From Capsulimonadales bacterium (lineage in GTDB: Bacteria > Armatimonadota > Armatimonadia > Armatimonadales > Armatimonadaceae): 64,000 nucleotides of DNA. A program made the translations under genes and the position numbers. The stretch lies in contig JANRLW010000069.1 of NCBI GenBank assembly GCA_033762295.1, forward strand, positions 32,001 to 96,000. The letters run 5' to 3'. Below are positions 57,834-64,000 of the stretch, one piece after another. Below the pieces are notes generated by a model. The model saw only the letters and a list, made by a program, of their open reading frames with translations, did no database searches and had not been told where the DNA came from. Position 1 is the stretch's first letter. Every line of letters starts with the position of its first letter.

Positions 57834-57841
57834 GGCAGGGT

Positions 57842-57895
57842 TCCTCCCTTTGGTCGTAGTGTCCTCCCGACGGAAACGGGAGGCAGGGAAGGTTG
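57842..57895 (-). promoter_or_regulatory. Probable S6:S18-type translational autoregulatory leader
   Basis: Minus strand CCUUCCCU can pair with the SD AGGGAGG, enclosing a CCUCCC/GGGAGG hairpin; located directly upstream of rpsF. Confidence 0.45.
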
Positions 57896-57980
57896 GCCCG
57901 ACGAATCGGGCCGCTATCCTTCGGTTGTCGGGGGCATAATACCATGGGGCCGCAAGTGACGCAACGGGAAGGACCGCCGA

Positions 57981-59036
57981 TCAGAGGCCGAACCCCATCC
58001 CCATGCCGGGCGGAATGACCGAGCGCGGATCGATCTTCAGGTCGACCTGCTTGATATCGAAATGTCGGTCATCGATATCCTCCGGGATGTCGGTATACTG
58101 CGCCCGGACGGCGTTGAGCGCCTGATCGGCCGCCAGGTCGGCGGCATCGGCCTCCTGGGACATCGCGCGGGTGGTCATCTCCTGAAGCAACTGGGGCAGC
58201 ATCTGCTGCGCCGACTCGTTGGTGTTCCCTTCCGCATCGAACATCCGGAAGATCTCCGAAACGGCCACCTGCATCTTCCCCAGTTGACGCACCTTGGTCG
58301 CCAGAGACATATTGTAGGTTTCGGCCAGGGCGGCGCACGGATTGGGCGGCGGGTATGCCTGGAACTTGCCGGTCGCGGCGTTCAACTCCTGAACGATCCG
58401 CCCGATCTCCGCCGCCACATCGGCGGTCATTCCCTGGTTTTGCTGACCCTGATCGTTGTTCTCATCGAAATGCGCCATCATTTTCATGGTCAGCATGGTC
58501 GGAAGCTTCAGGTAGGCGGCGTTCCCACGGTATTCCAGGCTGCGCCGGGCGGCCTCGAATTTTTTGAGCCAGCGAAGGTAGGCGATCACATCCTCCGGCA
58601 TCGGATTGCCCTTGACTTCCGGCGGAGCGAGCACCGGGGCTTCCGGCTGTTTGACCGGCGGGGCGTTCATCACCGGGGCCTCGGCAACCCGGGTCTGCGG
58701 CGCGGAAAGAACGCCGGCCGTCGGGACTTCCGCCTTCTTCGCGCCGAGAACGCCGCTGGCTTTCAGCAAAAGGAACAGGATCAGCGCCAACGCGGTCGCA
58801 CCGCCGAGGATGGCGAGGACGTTCGCCCGTCGCGGACCGGCACTCGTTACCGGGGGCGTATAGGCTCCGGGCGTCGCGGTCGGATTCGGACGGGGCGGTA
58901 CGCCGCCGGGCATGACGGACGGGGCGGCGTTCGCCGGCGAGGACAGGGTCGCCGATGGAATCGCCGTTCCGCATAACGAGCAGAACTTCGCTCCCCTGGC
59001 CGTTTGCGCGCCGCAACTCGGGCATTTGCCTGTCAT
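57981..59036 (-). CDS. Zinc-ribbon, single-TM hypothetical protein
   Basis: CPSCG...KFCSLCG, Pro-rich linker, TM, helical C-terminal domain; GGAGG RBS. Confidence 0.8.
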   Translation of the reverse strand: MTGKCPSCGAQTARGAKFCSLCGTAIPSATLSSPANAAPSVMPGGVPPRPNPTATPGAYTPPVTSAGPRRANVLAILGGATALALILFLLLKASGVLGAKKAEVPTAGVLSAPQTRVAEAPVMNAPPVKQPEAPVLAPPEVKGNPMPEDVIAYLRWLKKFEAARRSLEYRGNAAYLKLPTMLTMKMMAHFDENNDQGQQNQGMTADVAAEIGRIVQELNAATGKFQAYPPPNPCAALAETYNMSLATKVRQLGKMQVAVSEIFRMFDAEGNTNESAQQMLPQLLQEMTTRAMSQEADAADLAADQALNAVRAQYTDIPEDIDDRHFDIKQVDLKIDPRSVIPPGMGMGFGL

Positions 59037-59133
59037 TTCGTAAAACCTCCGCGTCCGAATGCCAATCAACCGCTACTAAATGACGGGATCGTCACGCCGG
59101 GGAGTTCCCGACGTGACGTTTATTTACGGGCCG

Positions 59134-60291
59134 CTACACCGCCTGCCAGGACCGGGTTTTCGACGACCGGTCGACGGCGTCCAGAACCCGCTGAACGGCA
59201 AGGCCCTCCTCGAACGACGGGTGAGAAGGCCGACCGGCCGCGAAGTCGGGCAGAACGTCCCGCATAAAGTTGATGAACGTATGCTCGTAACCGATGATAT
59301 GCCCGACGGGCCAGTAGTTCCCGGTATACGGGTGTGCGCCATCGGTTGTCTGAATCACCCGGAAACCACGCGCATCCTCCGGATCGTCCGTATTATAGTA
59401 CTCCAGTTCGTTCATCCGCTCCATGTTGAACACGATACTGCCTTTGGAGCCGTTGATCTCGAACCGGCTATGGTTCTTCCGCCCCGCCGCCAGACGAGTC
59501 GCCTCGAACGTCCCGACCGCACCCGAGGCGAACCGGGCGATGAAAATACTGCTGTCATCGACCGTGACATCGCCCATCCGATCGGAGGCTTTGCCGCCCA
59601 GTCGGTCATCGGACTCGGCCAGGATCGGACGCTGTTTGATGAAGGTATCGAGCATCCCGGAGACCTCGGTGATCGGACCCAGCAGGTAGAGCGCATCGTC
59701 GATCAGGTGCGCGTTGAGGTCGCCGTGCGAACCGGAACCGGCGATATCCCCGATCAGACGCCAGACCAGGGGGAAGTTCGGATCGACGATCCAATCCTGA
59801 AGGTAGACGCCCCGGAAATGATACACGTGACCGATACGACCGTCCTCGATCATCCGCTTGGCCAGGGCGATTGCCGGGATGCGGCGGTAGTTGAAACAGA
59901 CGGCGTTCGGAACGTTGTTTTCCTTGACGGCGGCGACCATCGCTTCGGCTTCCGCGACCGTATTGGCCAGCGGCTTCTCGCAGATTACCATCTTCCCGCA
60001 TTTCGCCGCGTAAATCGCGATCTCGGAATGGGTGTTTCCCGGCGTGGAAACGTCGATCAGGTCGATATCGGGCCGCTCGCACAGCTTTTTATAATCGGTC
60101 TCAAACTCCTCGAACCCGAACTTCGCCGCCGCGTCGCGAACCTTCTCCTCGTTTCGACCGCACAGCGCCTTGAGGACGGGTTCGACCTCCAGTTCGGGGA
60201 AGAATTTGTTGACCTGCCGGTAGGCGTTCGAATGCGCCTTCCCCATAAACTGGTAGCCGACCAGACCGACGTTTATCTTTCGTGTTGCCAT
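59134..60291 (-). CDS. Gfo/Idh/MocA-family oxidoreductase
   Basis: GYQFMGKAH, CEKPLA, FNYR, YLQDW, GDLNAHLID. Confidence 0.92.
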   Translation of the reverse strand: MATRKINVGLVGYQFMGKAHSNAYRQVNKFFPELEVEPVLKALCGRNEEKVRDAAAKFGFEEFETDYKKLCERPDIDLIDVSTPGNTHSEIAIYAAKCGKMVICEKPLANTVAEAEAMVAAVKENNVPNAVCFNYRRIPAIALAKRMIEDGRIGHVYHFRGVYLQDWIVDPNFPLVWRLIGDIAGSGSHGDLNAHLIDDALYLLGPITEVSGMLDTFIKQRPILAESDDRLGGKASDRMGDVTVDDSSIFIARFASGAVGTFEATRLAAGRKNHSRFEINGSKGSIVFNMERMNELEYYNTDDPEDARGFRVIQTTDGAHPYTGNYWPVGHIIGYEHTFINFMRDVLPDFAAGRPSHPSFEEGLAVQRVLDAVDRSSKTRSWQAV

Positions 60292-60385
60292 CGTGTGTTG
60301 TTGCCTCCGTTGGGGGTTTCCGGAGTTTCACTTCGCCGATTTGGGAGGAAACTCCTTGTTATCGCCCGATGCCGGCGCGACAGGC

Positions 60386-62527
60386 TCAAGGGGTATTACG
60401 CCGGCGTACGGGCTTTCGACCGCCGTTCAGAAACAGCGTCTGGGCATCGATCCGTTTCTTTCGTCCCTCCGGGCGAATCCGTTCCCAGGTGCCGTCGGAC
60501 AGCAGACGCCGCGCCTGGACATTGTCCGCCAGTTGCACCTGCAACACGTCGCGAACGATCCGTTCGCGCATCGGCGGATCGGATATCGGGAAAAGCACCT
60601 CGACGCGCCGGTCCAGATTGCGTGTCATCAGGTCCGCGCTGCCCAGGTAGAGTTCGGGAGAACCGGCGTTCTCGAAGTAGTAGATGCGCGCATGTTCGAG
60701 GAAACGTCCGACGATGCTGATCACCTCGATGTTCTCCGAAACCCCCGGAATCCCGGGCCGCAGACTGCAGACGCCTCGAACGATCAGATCGACCCTGACA
60801 CCGGCGCGGGATGCCCGGTACAGGTGATCGATCATACCGATGTCGGTCAGAGAGTTCATCTTGAAAATCAGACGGGCCGGCTTGCCGTCCCGGGCGCGCT
60901 CCGTTTCCCGGTCGATCCGCTCGGTCAACTCCTGGCGCAGGTTCACCGGGGCGACCAGCATCTTGCGGAACTTCCGCTGCCGGCTATACCCGGTCAGGTA
61001 GTTGAACAGATCGGTCGCGTCCGCGCCGAGTTCGGGGTCCGCGGTCAACAGGCTGAAGTCGGTATAAATCCGGGCCGTGGTGGCGTTGTAGTTGCCCGTG
61101 CCGAGATGCAGATAACGGCGGATGCCGCCGGACTCTCGTCGAACGACCAGGGTCACTTTGCAGTGGGTTTTGAGACCGATCAGGCCGTAGACGACATGGA
61201 CGCCGGCCTCCTCCAACCGCCGCGCCCACTGGATATTGTTCTCCTCGTCAAAACGCGCCTTCAGTTCCACAAGGACGGCCACCTGCGTATCGGCGTCCCG
61301 CGCCTCGATCAGAGCGGGAACGAGCGGAGAGTTCGATCCCAGGCGATATAACGTCTGCTTGATCGCCCGGACATGCGGATCGCGCGCCGACCGCTCCACC
61401 AGCTGGATTACCGGCGCGAAGGAGTCGTAGGGATGGTGCAGCAAGACATCCTGCCGGGTGAGAACGTCGAAAATGTCCTCACCGGAGGAGAACTGACCGG
61501 GGATGTGGGGAATATGCGGTTCGAACTTCAGGTCCGGCCGGTCCACCCGCGTCAATTCCATCAGAGAGGACAAACCCATCTCGCCATCGACGACCACCGT
61601 GTCGGAATCGGTCATCTCCAGATTCTCGAGGAGCTGCTGACGGATGCGTTCCGGCAGGTGCGGCCCGATTTCCAGACGGGTGACAAACTCAAAATGCCGT
61701 CGTCGGACGCCTTCCTGCACCAGTTCCAGAAGATCGGCGGCATCGCCCTCCTGAATCTCGATATCGGCGTTTCGGGTCACACGGAAAGGAAAGACCGCGA
61801 CCGGTTCCAACCCCTCGCCCGGAAACAGCGCTTTGAGATGGTGTTCGATGACGTCCTCGATCCGAACGAACCGATGAGAATCTCCGTCGACCGGCAGTTC
61901 GATCAGGCGAGGGAGCGTTCCCGGAACCTTCATTCGTGCGAACCGCTCGCCGTCGCTTTCATCCCGGAGGACGATCGCCAGGTTCAGGGACAGATTGGAG
62001 ATATGGGGGAAGGGGTGTCCCGGATCGACGGCCAGGGGTGTCAGGATCGGAAAGATCTCGTTGAGGAAGTAGGAGGACAGAAAGGTATGGTCCGAAGCGG
62101 GGAGTTCGTGAAGAGGCAGAAGGAAGATCCGCTCCCGCTTCAGTTCGGCGAACAGGCGCAGATAGCAGGCGCGGGACTCCCGGTACAGTTCCGTCACCCG
62201 CGCATTGATCCGCAAGAGCGCTTCGGCGGGTGTCAGGCCGTCCGCCCCGGCTTCATGGACGCCCGCCTTGCGCTGTGCCTGCGGCCCGGAGATCCGGATC
62301 ATGTAAAACTCATCGAGATTGGAGTGGAAGATGGCGAGGAACTTGACCCGTTCCAGCAGCGGATTACGTTCGTCCTGCGCCTCTTCCAGCACCCGTTTAT
62401 TGAACTCCAGCCAGGAGAGTTCGCGATTGAAATACAGGGACGAACTTCCGGACTCTTCATGTCCGGGCGAGACGGAAGGCGTGGCCGCGCCCCGTTCGCC
62501 GATCAGGTTTTGTTCCGTAAGGTTCAT
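60386..62527 (-). CDS. ppk1: Polyphosphate kinase 1
   Basis: FNRELSWLEFN, SNLDEF, HHPYDSF, KQTLYR, ELKARFDEENN, KTHCK, GRFLEH. Confidence 0.97.
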   Translation of the reverse strand: MNLTEQNLIGERGAATPSVSPGHEESGSSSLYFNRELSWLEFNKRVLEEAQDERNPLLERVKFLAIFHSNLDEFYMIRISGPQAQRKAGVHEAGADGLTPAEALLRINARVTELYRESRACYLRLFAELKRERIFLLPLHELPASDHTFLSSYFLNEIFPILTPLAVDPGHPFPHISNLSLNLAIVLRDESDGERFARMKVPGTLPRLIELPVDGDSHRFVRIEDVIEHHLKALFPGEGLEPVAVFPFRVTRNADIEIQEGDAADLLELVQEGVRRRHFEFVTRLEIGPHLPERIRQQLLENLEMTDSDTVVVDGEMGLSSLMELTRVDRPDLKFEPHIPHIPGQFSSGEDIFDVLTRQDVLLHHPYDSFAPVIQLVERSARDPHVRAIKQTLYRLGSNSPLVPALIEARDADTQVAVLVELKARFDEENNIQWARRLEEAGVHVVYGLIGLKTHCKVTLVVRRESGGIRRYLHLGTGNYNATTARIYTDFSLLTADPELGADATDLFNYLTGYSRQRKFRKMLVAPVNLRQELTERIDRETERARDGKPARLIFKMNSLTDIGMIDHLYRASRAGVRVDLIVRGVCSLRPGIPGVSENIEVISIVGRFLEHARIYYFENAGSPELYLGSADLMTRNLDRRVEVLFPISDPPMRERIVRDVLQVQLADNVQARRLLSDGTWERIRPEGRKKRIDAQTLFLNGGRKPVRRRNTP

Positions 62528-62742
62528 ACGAAACCTTGTTATATCATGACAAACCGCCCGAATCGTCCGCCGGAGACGACCGCAATCGTTCTTTGTTCTC
62601 CGGATGGATCCAGGTGGTATCGCGTGAAACGACTCCGTCCGCGAGGAGTTGCATCAGGTGATCGTTGGTTTTCTTCGACCCCGCCGACAAAATAATCGAT
62701 AATTTTCCGAAGGGGTCCGGAAAGATCGGATCGCCCAACGAC

Positions 62743-62771
62743 AAAAACCGCCGGAGACCTCCGGCGGTTTT
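62743..62771 (-). terminator. Intrinsic terminator after fba
   Basis: AAAACCGCCGGA-gacc-TCCGGCGGTTTT with T tracts on both strands. Confidence 0.8.
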
Positions 62772-62803
62772 CGCTGAAACGGTGGGGCGTTTCGTCGGGA
62801 CGT

Positions 62804-63763
62804 TTACTTCTGCGCGTTCAGGTACTCGCGGACGGAATCCAACTGGCCGGCGGAACCGAGCAGTTCGTTGCGCGAGGCGATAAATTTTGCGTACTCGGCC
62901 ATGAAAACCTTACCCGGCGGGCGAAGGTCGAACTCGCTCGGTTTGTCGCGGAAGAACTCACGATGCACCCGGGTCCAGACCAGGCGGCCGTCCGTATCGA
63001 TGTTGACCTTGCAGACGCCGAGTTTCGCGGCGGGGAGGTACTGCGCCGGGTCGACGCCCTTCGCGCCTTCCTTCAGCGCGCCGCCCGCCTCGTTGATCCG
63101 CTTCACTTCGTCCTGCGGAACCGAGGAGGAACCGTGCATGACCAGCGGGAAGCCGGGAAGCTGTTTCCGGATCGCCTCGACCCGGTCGAAGTGAATGCCC
63201 TGACCGCCCGAGAACTTGTACGCGCCGTGGGAAGTGCCGATGGCGCAGGCCAGCGAGTCGCAGCCCGATCGTTCGACGAACAGTTTCGCCTCGTCCGGGT
63301 CGGTCAGCATCGCGTGCTTCTCATCGACCTTGATATCCTCCTCGACGCCGCCGAGCATGCCAAGCTCCGCCTCGACGGAGATGCCGCGCGCATGGGCGGC
63401 ATCCACCACTCGTTTGGTGATCGCGACGTTCTCATCAAACGGATCGTGGGAGGCATCGATCATGACCGACGAGTAGAAGCCGGACTCGATGCATTCGTAG
63501 CAGGTCTGCTCGTCGCCATGGTCCAGATGGACGGCGAAGATGGCTTCGGGGAAAATCTCCTCGGCGGCGCGGATCATGGCTTCCAGCATCCGTTTATCGG
63601 TGTAGGCGCGCGCACCCTTGGAGATCTGGATAATGAACGGGGCCTTGCTGTCGACGTTGCCCCGGAACAGACCCATGATCTGTTCGAGGTTATTGATGTT
63701 ATAGGCGCCCAGCGCATAGTTGCCGTAGGCATGCGCGAAAAGTTGTTTGGTGGCGACAATCAT
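62804..63763 (-). CDS. fba: Class II fructose-bisphosphate aldolase
   Basis: HLDHG, SVMIDAS, EAELG, GTSHGAYK, HGSSS, KVNIDTD; AGGAG RBS. Confidence 0.95.
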   Translation of the reverse strand: MIVATKQLFAHAYGNYALGAYNINNLEQIMGLFRGNVDSKAPFIIQISKGARAYTDKRMLEAMIRAAEEIFPEAIFAVHLDHGDEQTCYECIESGFYSSVMIDASHDPFDENVAITKRVVDAAHARGISVEAELGMLGGVEEDIKVDEKHAMLTDPDEAKLFVERSGCDSLACAIGTSHGAYKFSGGQGIHFDRVEAIRKQLPGFPLVMHGSSSVPQDEVKRINEAGGALKEGAKGVDPAQYLPAAKLGVCKVNIDTDGRLVWTRVHREFFRDKPSEFDLRPPGKVFMAEYAKFIASRNELLGSAGQLDSVREYLNAQK

Positions 63764-64000
63764 GAATTTGCTCCTGGGAGGACGGCACGGGCCACGTCGC
63801 CTGCCGTTTCGTATTGCAATTTCTCCGCTATCAAAAGTGTAGCCGACCCACGGAACGCTTGTCAAGGAAACGTGCCGTCGGGAAACGGCCGAATGATACA
63901 ATCCGAACGAAACGCCTCCGAAACCCAACGATCCGGGAACCCTGTCCATGCTGTCCATGAACGATGACCTGTTTGATGTCGCGACGACCGCCGCCGGTCC

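Noticed and set aside
1..64000. Mobile elements, prophage, tRNA/rRNA
   Set aside because: No transposase, integrase or phage motifs and no tRNA/rRNA signatures seen by eye. A tRNAscan/Infernal run would be needed to exclude small RNAs fully.

Overview
High-GC bacterial chromosomal window of about 55 genes, mostly housekeeping. The lineage is probably Armatimonadota-like; this is an impression from gene style and content, not a database result. The window holds a nucleoside-type ABC importer, a phosphohexomutase, recD2, coaBC-gmk-NTP transferase-ispE, dxr-rseP, proS, kdgK-eda, purH-rpiA under a ZMP/ZTP riboswitch, a TolC/ABC/HlyD exporter with a wHTH regulator, sthA, cysE, two tandem S41 proteases, rpsF-ssb-rpsR, ppk1 and fba. 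I saw no tRNA, rRNA, CRISPR array, IS or prophage. The most interesting system is at 14.5-18.3 kb. An ECF sigma factor with no adjacent anti-sigma gene lies between a PAS/HisKA_2 kinase and a REC-ANTAR regulator. Its long 5' leader carries an ECF-type promoter, two tandem hairpins with identical CAGGAUC loops, and a strong intrinsic terminator that overlaps the second hairpin. This is the architecture of an RNA antitermination switch gating a sigma factor. Other notable items are an AT-rich synonymous patch on the RecD2 P-loop, an enolase-superfamily protein and a CtpA paralog that both lack catalytic residues, a DUF4242-like/TOBE fusion, and several probable leaderless mRNAs.
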